Assembly: GCA_951406725.2 (NCBI GenBank) | Contig: OX597824.1 | Coordinates: 5,022,001-5,086,000, forward strand | Length of the DNA: 64,000 nucleotides | Direction of reading: 5' to 3' | DNA from: Octopus vulgaris | Lineage: Eukaryota | Shown here: positions 39,098 through 52,540 of the stretch, one piece after another | How positions within the stretch are numbered: position 1 is the first letter of the stretch | Layout of the letters: every line of letters begins with the position of its first letter | The notes under the pieces: model-generated | What the model was told of the DNA's origin: nothing | The model's input: the letters and a program-made list of their open reading frames with translations, nothing else | Database searches by the model: none | Made by a program: the position numbers and the translations under genes

Positions 39098-39250
39098 CCT
39101 CCTCTTGGTCCAATAGAAAAAAAATTGACCTTATGGGGGGGGGGTCTCTAAAGCCTCTCAGATTGTAGTTCATGTGTCTTTGAAATATGCCAGGGTGCAG
39201 GTTTACATGCAATTGCAGCAGGTTTGGATGCATTCTCACATACCCAACAA

Positions 39251-39544
39251 CTGTGGTGGACAGGGTCTAAAAATATTGGTTACCAAGAGACTAAGGGGGT
39301 CCACCCGCAACTACAAGAGGGGCCCACCCGCAACTACAATACTATCATTTAATTTTTCTTTTTTGTCAAAAGTATTCTTTTCAACTGTCTACAAACACAG
39401 CCAGGCTCAAATAATCAATGCATTCCTCCAGGAGTAAATAAAAAATCCTCAAACTACAGGGGATGGGCCCCCATATATGGATTCTAATAGCACAGGGGCC
39501 CACTTGCCATCGGGCAAGCTGGCAACCTGGCCAGTCCGCCACTG
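39251..39544. mobile_element. hAT-type MITE
   Basis: Ends CTGTGGTGGACAGG / CCAGTCCGCCACTG; 8-bp TSD CCCAACAA / CCCATCAA; GGGCCC motifs. Confidence 0.75.
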
Positions 39545-39619
39545 CCCATCAACTATGTTAGGCTACAGTTTCTCAATAAGTGTGAGTACGTCTGCATGCA
39601 AAAGTATTCATAGCATATA

Positions 39620-39845
39620 TATTTCTTTACTACCCACAAGGGGCTAAACATAGAGGACAAACAAGGACAGACAAAGGGATTAAGTCGATTACATCGACCC
39701 CAGTGCGAAACTGGTACTTTATTTATCGACCCCGAAAGGATGAAAGGCAAAGTCGACCTCGGCGGAATTTGAACTCAGAACGTAAAGACAGACGAAATAC
39801 TGCTAAGCATTTCGCTCGGCGTGCTAACGTTTCTGCCAGTTCGCC
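39620..39845 (-). mobile_element. SINE family A, CpGs intact
   Basis: Near-consensus copy. Confidence 0.93.
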
Positions 39846-40769
39846 ATAGTTCGAATATTGGTTGCCGAGAGCTAAGTACAGATTGTTAAATGCATAAATT
39901 GGATCTTCTCGTCAAGTACCAAGTGTCTGTGGTAATACAAGCAGAAGCACATGATCAATGAAACTAGCAGTTTGTAGCTTTTGAGGTCAGATCCCGTCAT
40001 AAAGCTTTTCAAGAGGCGTCTTCGCTTCTAGACGATTAGGTGTTAGAAACAAGCAACAAGGTTTTTTAGGAGAAAGTTATCAGCAAAATCACGGAAGGGG
40101 TTTTCCATTTTTTTATTTGTTAAATATACTGGAAATAAGCAGTATCCAGGAAGGACAAGCGGTTCCTTAGTTTATTTCGTTCTTAACGAATTTTTTAGAA
40201 TCCGTGTTGAATCATGTTAGGTCCTGTCAGCCAGAAGCAAAAAACGCTTATCTGAGACAAAAAACTACTTTCCTCTTCATGAGGGACAATCTATTCTTTT
40301 TTTTAAAGGCAGTATGCAGTGATTTGAGGTATTTTTGCTGTTACTTCTAGCAAAGTGAATGACTACGTGGAGGCGATCATGTTAGCTTTTCGTTTTCGAC
40401 TTGATTTTGCTCAGAAATTTCAACAAATTGTTTAGTGTCACCTGTTAGTATTTCTTGTATAAAATGAATCCATAGAAAGTTTTTGTCCCCTTCTCAAGAG
40501 GAGAAATAGCGTCTAAGGCGTCGCTCGACCTTCGAAAAACAATGGCTAGGAAGAAGGACACAGAGGGCATTTTAGACTTTAATACATACAAAAAAAAAAT
40601 TGGATTGTCACGGTTGAAGTGCTTTCGATCAGATGTCTTTGGGGTTCGTGTTGGCTTAGGGTTAAATGTCACGGTTAAGTAGTCGCATTGTTACCTCAAT
40701 AAAAGTTAGAATTTTAAATTTGCGATGTCCATAAATACTACTTCTATCTTTGCTTACATCTAATTAATT

Positions 40770-41120
40770 CTTCGTCTGCCGTTACGTTCTGAGTTCAAAT
40801 TCCGCCGAGGTCGACTTTGCCTTTCATCCTTTCGGAGTCGATAAATTAAGTACCAGTTACGCACTGGGGTCGATATAATCCACTTAATCCGTTTGTCTGT
40901 CCTTGTTTGTCCCCTATGTGTTTAGCCCCTTGTGGGTAGTAAAGAAATAGGTGTTTCGTCTGCCTTTATTGGAGTTCATACGCCGCCGAGGTCAAGTTTA
41001 CCTTTCATCCTTTTGGGGTCGATAAAATAAGCACCAGTTGAGGCACTGATACCAATGTAATCAACTTACCCTGTCGACCCAAATTGCTGGCCTTGTGCCC
41101 AAATTTGAAACCAATATTAT
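40770..41120 (+). mobile_element. Headless SINE family A dimer
   Basis: Two core units; the second has the alternative GCTGGCCTTGTGCCCAAATTTGAAACC tail. Confidence 0.88.
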
Positions 41121-41235
41121 CTAAGGACAATTTTCGGCACGAACCCGACGGTGACATCCTGATCAGCTTGTATGTCATAACCAACAATACACTTCTTACT
41201 AGCGGACCAATTTATTACTCATAATGGTTTCCGAC

Positions 41236-41581
41236 GCTGGAGTGGCTGTGTTGTAAGAATCTTGCTTCCCAACCACACGGTTCCGGGTTCAGTCACACTG
41301 TGTGACACCTTGGACAAGTGTTTTCTATGACCTCGGCCTGACCAAAGCTTCGAGTGGATTTGGTAGACGGAAACGGAAAGAAGCCCGTCGTATGTATCTA
41401 TACGTTTCTATGTCTGTGTTTCTCCCCACCACCATCACTGGACAACCGACGATGGTGTGGTTACGTCCCCGTAACCTAGCGGTTCGGCAAATGAGACCGA
41501 TAGTATAAGTACTCGGCTTACAACAAATAAAGGCGGTGCTCCAGCATGGCTGCGCTCAAATGACTGAAACAAGTAAAAGAA
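41236..41581 (+). mobile_element. SINE family B
   Basis: Head, core and tail. Confidence 0.9.
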
Positions 41582-42224
41582 TATGTATCAATGTGTGAGT
41601 GTGTGTGTGTCTGGTGATTAAATGCCACCGCACGAAACTCTCGGCCTTTGAGTCACTCCTAACTTCAGCCGATTATTAATAAAAACGTGTGAGTGTGAGT
41701 TTATAACCTCACTTCGCTCCCAGGGAAAGTATTACATTTTAACTTGTATAAGGAACCCTTAGGTTAAAATATATGAGTTTCTTATACATGGATAGTATTA
41801 TAATCCCTTACAAAACCTATTTTCCAAATTTTAAGCCCCCAAAATTTGGGGGTTCCTTATACACGTTAAAATACGATACTTAGGAATTCAATGTCATAAT
41901 TTGTCAAGAGGCGGGTTTTTCTTTTTTGCTGATGTTGGATTTGCGGGAGAAGTTATTTTCCTTCCCTCTTCTGAGATTTGTAATTTGACACTCGATTATG
42001 AAGCATTTGAAACCCGAACTGTTGAGGTTTCTGGTACAGAAAAAGTTATTACGAACTAGGTTATGCTGATATTCAGTATGTCTCCATTTGTATAACTCCC
42101 GTTCTATAATCCAGATTTTTGTAATTTATCAGAATTATTGAAAAAATTAAAACTGGTTTGACTGAAATTATCATTAAATTTGAACAACAAAATATCGCTT
42201 TTGGAAGTTGTAAATTAAACAATT

Positions 42225-42430
42225 TTACCGTCCCCTCGGTCTCGTCCCGCTGGGAAGGGAAACCTGCGGCGTTTAGGCCATGGTTTATAATTTTGTTAAG
42301 GGCGGGATGACCTGGAAGGCGGCCAGCACTATAATGGCAAGAGGAATCCACAACGGATCCGCACCACATTCGAGAGGCTTACGGATTTGGAGGCCATGCG
42401 TCAGGGAGAAGCCGAATGCTAGTTGCGAGC
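42225..42430 (-). mobile_element. Fragment of a CRE-like (restriction-like endonuclease) non-LTR retrotransposon
   Basis: CGSVVDSSCHYSAGRLPGHPALNKIINHGLNAAGFPS resembles the zinc-knuckle to RH..LN.I..L..AG region before the RLE domain. Confidence 0.6.
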
Positions 42431-44214
42431 GAGGAAAAGAAATGGATCTTTTGAAAAGATCCATTATTTAGCTATTTTATCGGCAAATTACATTGAGGTA
42501 TGGGGCAACACCTACAAAAACATCCTATGACCATTGTGTTTACCATATATATATATAGGACATCAACATCATAACTGGTGTTTATCTTTTAAGTCATCTA
42601 CTGAAGTTGATAGATAATGTAGCAGTTTAATACCGCATAAAGTTTAAAGTAAGAAGTATAAATCGACAGAGATGTGGGTTGGATAATTTGAGAGGAAAGT
42701 TGAATGGAACTTGAGTTCGTGCCATTTTCAGAAGGATGAGATACACTGATAGAACGGTTTAAATGTAGACTTAAGAGTACAAACATTATCCAGACTATGA
42801 AGATATACTGGAATGTGTTTAAAAAGTTATAAGATGAGAAGTGCTGTGATAACTTTTCATTGACAGTTGTTGAATATTTGGGTTTTACCAGAGGCAGAGC
42901 AAAAAATGGAGGGAAGTCGCCAACGGGTGCCGCTGTAAAAAAAGGTCCCTCTTAAGATGTTCAGAACTGGGTGTTGTCCTGAATAAGTAATCCCCCACTC
43001 TCACAGAGAAACAAAATACTATTCATGGGCCTCTTCTCAAGTCCCAGTGCTGGAGCGCCCGTGGCACCTACAGATGATAGCTACCTATCAAGCCCGTTAA
43101 TTAAAATAAGGGTATCAAAAGGGCCTCATCTCACTCCCGGCTGCTGCTACTAGAGGCACATAGAATTGTATTGGGTTGTGCACAGAACTGGGATAATAAT
43201 CTCCGCCCTTCTCCTCTTTCTTCGTAATTAATGGACGAATTATTGAAAAGGTGGTTGATATAAATTTATATTTCTTTCTACTCTTTTCCCAGCGTGTAAT
43301 ATTTAAATAGTGTTAATGAAAACTAATTTATTAAAGTATAAGTCTGTTCGAAATGAAAAAAGGAAAATTAATTCCGAATCGAGTCTTCCAAAATTAATCT
43401 TTATTGAAATGGGAATCGGGGGAGGCCTTAACAGTATCAAACATTTTCCAATCCCAACCACCCACTAGACGAAGAAATGCTCTCGAATCTGAAAGGTTTC
43501 CCAGCGCCTCAAAATTTTCAACCTAAAGTAGTGGATTTTCTTTTCCTTCTCACTCTAATGTATATATTTAAGTATAAATAAAAATTATTTCTACTTAAAA
43601 AGAAAATAAATCTCAGCTTGTATGAATTAGTATAGGCATTTTGGGCAGTTACCCTGGGTCCTCAAGAGTTAAGGGGCCCAATTGTAATCTATGTATGCAA
43701 TAGATTGCTGTCACTAAATAAAAAGAACTAAAGGGCCTTATGTATTGATTTGCTCAGGGGCCTATAATGCTGGTAAAACGGCTCTGAGCATAGGGGCCCT
43801 AAAGCCTACGGACACTGGCAAGCGCACAGCACTGGGAAGCATATTTATAACATGGTAACTAGGACACCTAAACATTAAAAAAAATATTGTATTTTACCAA
43901 ATGTCTTCCTTCATAATTAAAAAAAAAAAAACCTTGTGAAATGAAAAACAAATGTCCGAAATTAATTCTGTAAATTAAACAAGGAATCGATTGAGAGAAA
44001 CCGTTTGGGTTTTATTGTTCATTACAATCTCTGCAAGCCTAAAGGAGATTTTAAAATAAAAATCTTTTTAGTTATAGATAGGGCATGGTGCATGTAACTA
44101 GACGTTGAAGAATGTACAAGGGGGAATGACAAATATTTTATTGAAAATATTTTTGAGAATCGAATTTTTTTCTATTTAAAGTTATTACTAATACCTTTCT
44201 ACCTTCTTTATATT

Positions 44215-44246
<32 letters not shown>

Positions 44247-44403
44247 AGTGTATGTATATATATATATATATACACACGTGTAAACACACCTGTATGTACC
44301 CAAATTATATATACACCTATACAAAGATCTAAACATTTCCGAATTAATAATTTTTCATTTATCTCAAAATCGACAACAATTGCGTTTTATCAAGAGCTGT
44401 GAA

Positions 44404-44492
44404 CCAATGGCCAACGTCGAAATTTTTCTGTCTATTTATAGTAATATGTTGCTGTGCTATATAAAACCTGTAGCATGACTTCTCCCTCATCT
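44404..44492 (+). promoter_or_regulatory. Pol II core promoter: CCAAT, MEF2-like site, TATA, Inr
   Basis: CCAAT 44404, CTATTTATAG 44432-44441, TATATAAAA 44458-44466, Inr-like CTCATC with A at 44489. Confidence 0.6.
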
Positions 44493-44831
44493 TATTGCAC
44501 TACAATATTTATCAGCAGCGAAGTCGCGCACTGCTACACCTTTTAGTCTTTCTATCTCAGCTACAGTAGTAGAAGTGAGTTATCCAAAATTCCATTTCTG
44601 CCGCCTCTCGTTGGCATCTCTTTCTACTCGTTCTAACAAATTCTTTTAAACTAAAAGAAAACCCAACATCTATAATTGCATCCTACATCTCTATCGGATC
44701 GAATCGAGAAGACTGAAGTAAAAATAATAGCGAAGAAAAAGAGAAAAGACCAAAGCAAAATAATTATAAATTTAATTGGACCTCCTCTCTCTTAATGTCA
44801 CGATTCCTATCTTGTTTACGACCGACAGACG
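44489..44831 (+). other. First exon of an unidentified gene (5' UTR plus probable start)
   Basis: 306 nt without ATG, CpG-rich and repeat-free, ending at consensus donor CG|GTAAGT (intron starts 44832). Confidence 0.6.
44795..44831 (+). CDS. Putative first coding segment MSRFLSCLRPTD (phase 1)
   Basis: First ATG after the predicted TSS, open to the donor. Confidence 0.4.
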
Positions 44832-47800
44832 GTAAGTCTGTGCAAAAAAAATTGTCTGGCAGCGTGCAAGAATCTAAAACAATTCCTTCCCCCCCGCAAA
44901 ACCATTTTCCTCTCTCACCCTTTTTATTATTTTGATTTTGAATTTCATTTTTTCCATGTTTTCTGTTTTTGTATTTGAAGTCATGTGTAGCCCAAAAAAA
45001 TGTTCTGTTTTTGATATGAATGCATTTCAGCTTATTATTATTTTCTTTTAGTTTCTCTTTCAATGCATACCTCAGCTTTCAGGTGTGATTTAATGAATGG
45101 TGCTTTAATTGAAGAAAGGTGTGTGTGTAATGAAGGTTTAATGCTTTGATTTTTCATGTAAAACTTGTTCCCCAATTTTCTTTCTTCCCCTTTTTAATTT
45201 TTAATTTATTTCTAAACGTTTTTAAGTGATTGACTAACAGAAAGAAAAATCCAAGATATGAATGTATTTTAAACTTTCTTTTAATACATACCTCAATTTT
45301 CAGGTGTAATGAATGATGATCAATTGGGAAAAAAAAAAAAAAGAAATTGCGTGTGTGTAATGGTTTAATGTAAAAATTGCTTTATATGTTTGAATTATTT
45401 CTTAGTAGATATAATTATAGTGAGGGAGGATAGATGATAGTTTTGGCTTGCAATGTAATTTTTATCTCTCTTTCTCTCTCTACATGTTTGTCTCTGGGGG
45501 GTATTTATGTAGCTACACCTGTGTGGAGGAATTTAAAGAAATGCTTGCCTCTGTATCTGATAATCGGTTTCCATATCTCCAAAAATATATCAGTTTTTCT
45601 CTTTTTTTTTTTTTCATAATTCTGAAAACGTTAAATATAAAGTATAGAATAGATCTACATTATGTGTGTGTGCGATTATACATTTCTATTTTTACATGAA
45701 TATTGTTTGTGAGCACTTGTTTTAGTAGAAGAAAAAAGAAATGTAATTTATGTATTCTGTTATATCCCGTGATGTCTAAAACACTTGTTTGATATCTCAA
45801 AGGATTTTATTATTTCCTATTCTGTTAATGTCATTTCGATTCTATGCCAACACAATGTTGAATGATAAATAATTCACATGTTTTACTGCGGTGTCTGCCT
45901 GGGAACAAAAGACTGGCCCAACATAGCTTCCTCACTCATTCAAACGAATAGCTGCTACATTATATACATACATACATACATGTATGTGTGTGTGTTTATT
46001 TATACACCCACATTATACACGGTTGTTTACATCAACGTGTGTGTGTATAGATGTTTAACTTCGCCTTTTTATTTGCTAACAAGCCCATGCTGGAGCCCTG
46101 CTTCTGTGTTTGTGTCTTGTGTGACATCAGCTATGAAATATGTATTGACACACATTTCTAAAGCTATTCGTGTTTATACTCGTATGAGCAACACCGATCG
46201 AGCAATTTTATTAGTTTTATCACAATTATGTTATTCGATTGTTTATTTACGAAATCAGTCTTGATTATAAGCGTTCCAGACGTGACTATCCTGTAGTTTT
46301 TTAAGAGCATATCCCACTCCATTATTCAATGTGTTCGACATTAGATTTAATAGTTTGAATGACTTTGAGGGATATTCAGCTATTATATCTAGCGACTGGA
46401 ATTTAAAAAAGAAAAAAGAAATACTTCTTCATTCGCTTGTGTTTTCACTTTGTTTAATTATTCCAGTTTATGTGGCATTTTGTTGGTTTTGGAATCCGAA
46501 GCAGTCAGAGTGCTATCTGGAGATTTATATTGAATGTGGGGAGACACATTCTTTGAAGGTGACGTGCCAAAAAAGCCTCTACATGGTCGATCGCCCTGCT
46601 AGAAATGTCAGTAAAATCCTACTCAAAGCGTATCATAGCTTATTAAAAGGGCAAAAGGAATATATATTGAATAATGTAGGTACATATTTATATAAATATA
46701 CAAAACAGAATACATGGTCACGTTTTGACCCCCTTTAATCATAAATAGGTTTGATCTCTACAGATGACCTAGGGCTAAACCTCCTCTTAAAACATAATAA
46801 ACCCACCATTCTGTGTTCGATCGCGATATTCTCCTCGCCTCTACTTTCACATGTATCCGGTGTGAAATTAAAGCGATAATTTGCCTGCCAAACTTCCTAA
46901 ATGTCACTTCTTTCCAGTGTTTCATGACTTGTATTCCCATTGAACCCCCTCTTTCTGCCTAATTATTATGATACTCCGTTGATAATGACACCCTGTTTTA
47001 TCAATTTCCTGTTGAATCCAAATATAGTTTTCATCAACGTTCTTATTACAATTGCTCTGAAGAATACATTACTACTATGTCCACGCCAATTTGAATTATA
47101 AATATTTTTTTTGCCTGTATGTGTGTGTGTATATAGGTTGATGTATGCTTATTTTATTGGCGATAAAAAACGTAAAAATAGTGGAATCAAATCAATCGAA
47201 TGTTTCTTTCCGTTAGAAAATACATGTAGTTTGAATATAATCAATTTCTAGAAGTGTTGATTTGTTTAACGTTTAAAAAGATTCAAGAACATGAGCTTGG
47301 AGTTCTGTTGTATGTTTGTTGCCAGCAAGAACCTGTCGGGGGTGGAGAATCATTTGAGAACCAACGGGGTGAATTAGAAATGTATAAACACCTGTGGTGG
47401 CTCACTTTATGCCCAGGGAAAATAACGAAGCTTTAATGTTATAGATTCATAGGTTAGAATAGCTTTGTTTTCTCTCTTTGGTCTTTTAAAAAGACATGGT
47501 GGTATTACATGGTAAGACATGTTGACGAGGAGTTACCCACCCCTGTCCTACGTGGCCGATCGAGCTGCTAGAAAGAGCAGCCAAATTTCTTTCAAATCAT
47601 ATTTTACCGTCTTCAAAAAAAACAAAAACAGTTTCATAATGTTTTTAAATATCTTTAAAGATATGGTGCTCCTGTCTGGAACGCCTTTGGTAATTAGTCT
47701 GCTTGTTTAAATGTGACCTGAGGTTAAACTGTATCTAATGCAGATCTAGTTTATTGCTTGTCAAATGAAACTGACTGCTTTTGACATTTTTTCCCCCATT

Positions 47801-50419
47801 GTCGAGTGTTATGCGACGTGTGTTTCTTCTAATTGGACTTCATAGTCAAGTAGACACGTCTGCTTCGGTGACAGTTTTGCAAAACATGGCCTTGAGAGAC
47901 ATTTTACATCCTTCGCCTATGCTAAGCCTGTACTTCATTCTCTCCGTTATTTGAAAAAGTCTAATAAGCTCTTATGTTCTGCCTTCAAAAGTGCCAATGT
48001 TCCTCACTGCTTCTAAAATGTATCACATAACTATAAAATAAGTTGACGGAAGTGTTGGTGGGAATAATTAATAATAAGCAAGTGCTTGTGCATAGTTTCA
48101 AGGTTGGTTCTCACGCACAACTGTAGACTGAACAGAAAAAAAAAATGTATGCAACTGTAAGCCTCTGACGAAACTACTAAGTATTTCTCCCGGAGGTGTT
48201 TTCTTACACTGTTTAAAATAGGAAGTTTCTTTTTCCCCTCGAAGCTTTGTTACTAAGCATTCTAATACGTTATTATTTGTCACCAATGAATTTCGGATGA
48301 CAATGTCATTTCTAACACCACTTAAGACCTGTTAGCTTCTCTACATTAATACATTCCACTACTTAGACCTGCTTTTTATATATCTAACCTATAATGGCTT
48401 AACTACTAAAATGCAAATGGCATTAGACAATATATCAATGTGCTTATTTATAAAGTGTGATTCTAAAGGATGTTGGAGGGGGGTATCCTATAATTAATGG
48501 TAGAACAAGGGCATTTTTTTTTATCGTTGCCAGTCAAGAAGATTAAGATGGCAACGATATTTGAAAAATTTAAAAGTCTTCACTTTATATATTATATACA
48601 TATATATATTTTGTAATGGATTGAGAACCTACAATCCATTTTCTAATATATTGCCAAAGGACAAAGAAATTCTTTAACTTTGAGAAATTCGAAATTGGCA
48701 TTTTAAAAAAATAAGAAACAAGGTTATCAGTAGCGACTTCGTTTGGATTCCTTGTTCAAATTGTTTTTCATTCACCTTGCCAATGCTTTTGGAGACGAAG
48801 AAAATTGCTTCAGCATCCACCCCTACTTAACACACCCTCAAAATTCCATTTTTCCCCTAAGGAATGCCTAATATATTGATTGAACAAGCATTTACCATTA
48901 TATCATTGCTTTCGGATTCACTTGTAGAATATTCGTTTTAACTTGCCCAAAGTCTCTTTCGGTGGCAAATTAACCCCGTCGTTGTCTTTCAATAATTAAC
49001 AAATCAAGAGAATGAATGAATAATAATGTTATTAGCTAAAATCGAGTTCTGCTTGTTGACACGGCATTATGTAATTGCCATTGTGATAACAACGTGTCCG
49101 TTTCCCTAAAAGCAGTGCAGAATCGTAGAGATGGTTATTTAATGTATATTTTATTTGACCAAAATAGTTTGCTTCCTGAAAATATTCACATTTGATGGAC
49201 GTAGCTGATAATTCTATCAGCAATCATTTCAAAAATGATTCCTAAAGAAATATCTCAATTTTCTTAAATTTAGAGGAAGATCTGAAGAAGTCTGATATAA
49301 GATGTTCAAATGTAGTAGTACAGGTGAATCTGCAACCCTAGTTTTCAGGTATATGCCTGCCTGCTTGCTTGTAAGCCGAAAATATGCGAGATAAGTGGAA
49401 ATCAATGAATTTAAATGGTATAAATAAGCAAAAAGCGATAGTATAGGAAAATAGTTTTAAAGCACGTCACTGCAATATCGATTTCTTTATATTCACACAT
49501 GGCCTCAAATCTATACATAACAAGAAATAACTCCTAAATCGATGCTACGTCAGTTGGCCACCACCGGGAAACGAAACCAGTTTCAATTCGCTGGCCAGTT
49601 CTTCTTATTTGAGAATATCTATTAATGAAGGTGTGACCATCCCAAATATTTGTCTCCTAGAATTACATTGTCCACTCTGTCCTTCCTTTATTTTATTTGC
49701 TTTTAGCTATAATAGGGTGTGATTTAAAGATTTTATTGCTGTTTCTTGCAAGACTAACACCCACGTAGATTTCCTGTGTTGAACTTATGTATTTGTATAA
49801 AGGAAGCACACAGTATCCTTATTAGTTTAGCCCCTAATCGGGGCAAAGGCTTTTTCTTCGTGACCACCCCGTTCTTTTAAATAGGGTGTATCAAGGGCTT
49901 ATACATACGCCCTTCGTTTTTGAGAAAGCCTTGACTGAAAATTTCGATGCTGTGTTTAGCAGATCGAGTGACCCTAAGAACTGTAATTTAGTTTACGTTT
50001 CATATCGGGGTGTTAACAGGGTACGTGTAAGAGTACGTGTCTTTTAATATGCGTCACGATGACTCATCCTCAGCACGAAACTAATTTTTACTTAGTTATT
50101 TTATTCTGTAGTTGGGATCAGCTAATTTAGTATTAAAGGTTCTTGGAAAGGGTCAGTTTTATATGAAGTAAGGAATTATCTAACGACTATTTAAGCTTCA
50201 TAGAGAACCTCGTCGCAAGACGAAAAAAATGTTCTGTAAAATCGTTCGACCATTCGAATTTTTAGGTTGGCAGTAGTTACCTCCCTTGGAATATTTTTTT
50301 CATTTGTCTTGAATGGCTAATTATCAATTTTTCTTCTGATGTGAATTAGATTCGAAACTATAAAATAGAATTCGGTTAAAAAGATGAATATCGGAGGAGT
50401 AACTCGGGGTCAATTGACA

Positions 50420-50463
<44 letters not shown>

Positions 50464-50761
50464 CACACACATACTCGCACTCTTGCACACAAACACACAC
50501 ATACTTGCTCTCTCACTCGCTCTCGTTCACACATTCATTCACACACTCACTCGCTCTCTTATTCACACGCTTGCTCTCACTTGCACACACACACAAACTT
50601 TGTGGCTTTGTGTTCCAATACAGATCTTACTGCCAAAATGGATTACGAGTTTCTTCCAACCAAATTCCTTTAACTTGAAGCCAAGGAGGGAAGTAACACC
50701 TGCTAGGAAAAATATCAACTCTCTCTCAAATTGCATTTACTAAAATCAAGTAATATATATA

Positions 50762-50800
<39 letters not shown>

Positions 50801-50803
<3 letters not shown>

Positions 50804-50930
50804 TGAGTTGCATAATTGTGGTTTTATCTCTAATTCGTATTTTATATATTTATACTGTGAAATTTGATTTAATACTAAATTGAATTTTCCCCTGTAAGTT
50901 TGGAGTTACATCCCTAATATTATTATTATT
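50801..50930. mobile_element. Second copy of the 4.8-kb Penelope-like end, in (TA)n
   Basis: Close match to 4799-4928. Confidence 0.7.
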
Positions 50931-51448
50931 ATATATATATATATAATGGTTAAAGCACTTTATACGGTCTGGGTGAGGTGGATGATCATGGTTGTAACCC
51001 TAGGTTTAGGTCTGCTTGATCAGAGCTGATAGCTTCTGCTTGTCTCATTTATCTGAAATATTTAAGGCTTCTTGGTGGAAACTTTATTATGATTAATCAA
51101 TTCAATTCCACATTGTTCATTTAAAAACTAACATGAAGTTAGTATGTGTTGTCTTATGTTAAGGAATTGTTAAAACAATCATTTTTTGGGTGGTTTATGG
51201 TTGTATTCAAATGAGTGTCCCTAGCCTCATGGCCGAGGATTTAAGGGCCTGGGGCAACAATTGCTGTTCCTTACCACATACTGTGATCCCCTGAAACTGC
51301 TGTGCATGGCACCACTGGGTGTTCCTGTATGCCACATGTTTCTCTGGTTGAAAACTACACTGTGCACTCTGACATGCAGTGTTTTAATATTTGGGGGTAC
51401 ACTGTGGCAGACCCCCTCCCTATTTTTTTTTTTGTCTCAAGGCCACTG

Positions 51449-51844
51449 TTTACTCTTTTACTTGTTTCAGTCATTTGACTGTGGCCATGCTGGAGCACTG
51501 CCTTTTAGTCGAAGGAATCGACCCTAGGACTTATTCTTTGTAAGCCTAGTACTTATTCTATCAGTGTCTTTTGCCGAACTGCTAAGTTACGGGGACGTAA
51601 ACACACCAGCATCGGTTGTCAAGCGATGTTGGGGGGACAAACACAGATACACAGACATACACACACACACATACATATATACAGAGGGGTTCTTTCAGTT
51701 TCCATCTACCAAATCCACTCACAAGGCTTTGGTCGGCCCAAGGCTATAGCAGATGACACTTGCCCAAGGTGCCACACAGTGGGACTGAACCCGAAACCAT
51801 GTGGTTCGTAAGCAAGCTACTTACCACACAGCCACTCCTACGCC
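51449..51844 (-). mobile_element. Full-length SINE family B
   Basis: Reverse complement of the 14956 copy. Confidence 0.93.
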
Positions 51845-52303
51845 TTAACTTTATTTTTTTGTAGTGCTCCCTTTTAAGTAATCATTACTTCCATTGCCCA
51901 CCTAAGTAGCGATTGAGGTATTATGACTAAGGTAACATAACATGAATGATAATTTATAGATTTTATTTTTAAAAAATGGATTCTGTAAGCTTTTAGCAGT
52001 GAAATGATAAATTAATAAAGGCAAAACTTGTAAATTTTCTATATACATTGCAAGTTAATGACTTGTCTGCGCCTGAAGAGATCCAGCTAGAATTTTTTTT
52101 TTATCAGGTGGAGCCACTGTAGATTCTACTACTACCTGCTAGAAACAGCAGTCCACTACTTAGCTCTCATCTTATTTTAATAACCATTACTATTTCTACA
52201 ATGTATAACATGGTTACTACTATAGGTAAGATGTAAGTATGTCATGTTGGCTCACCATTGCCTTTGACATGCTCAGCATCCCCTAGCGAGTGGTACTGCC
52301 CAT

Positions 52304-52540
52304 AAGGCGGCGTGCTGGCAGAATCGGTAGCACGTCGGGCAAAATGCTTAGTGGTATTTCGTCTGCTGTTACGTTGTGAGTTCAAATTCCGCGGAGGTCG
52401 ACTTTGCCTTTCATCCTTTTGGGGTCGATAAATTAAGTGCCAGTTACACACTGGGGTCGATGTAATCGACTTAATCTCTTTGTCTGTCCTTGTTTGTCCC
52501 CTCTGTGTTTAGCCCCTTGTGGGTAGTAAAGAAATAGGTA
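52304..52540 (+). mobile_element. SINE family A with TSD
   Basis: GGTACT(G/A)CCCAT on both flanks. Confidence 0.92.
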
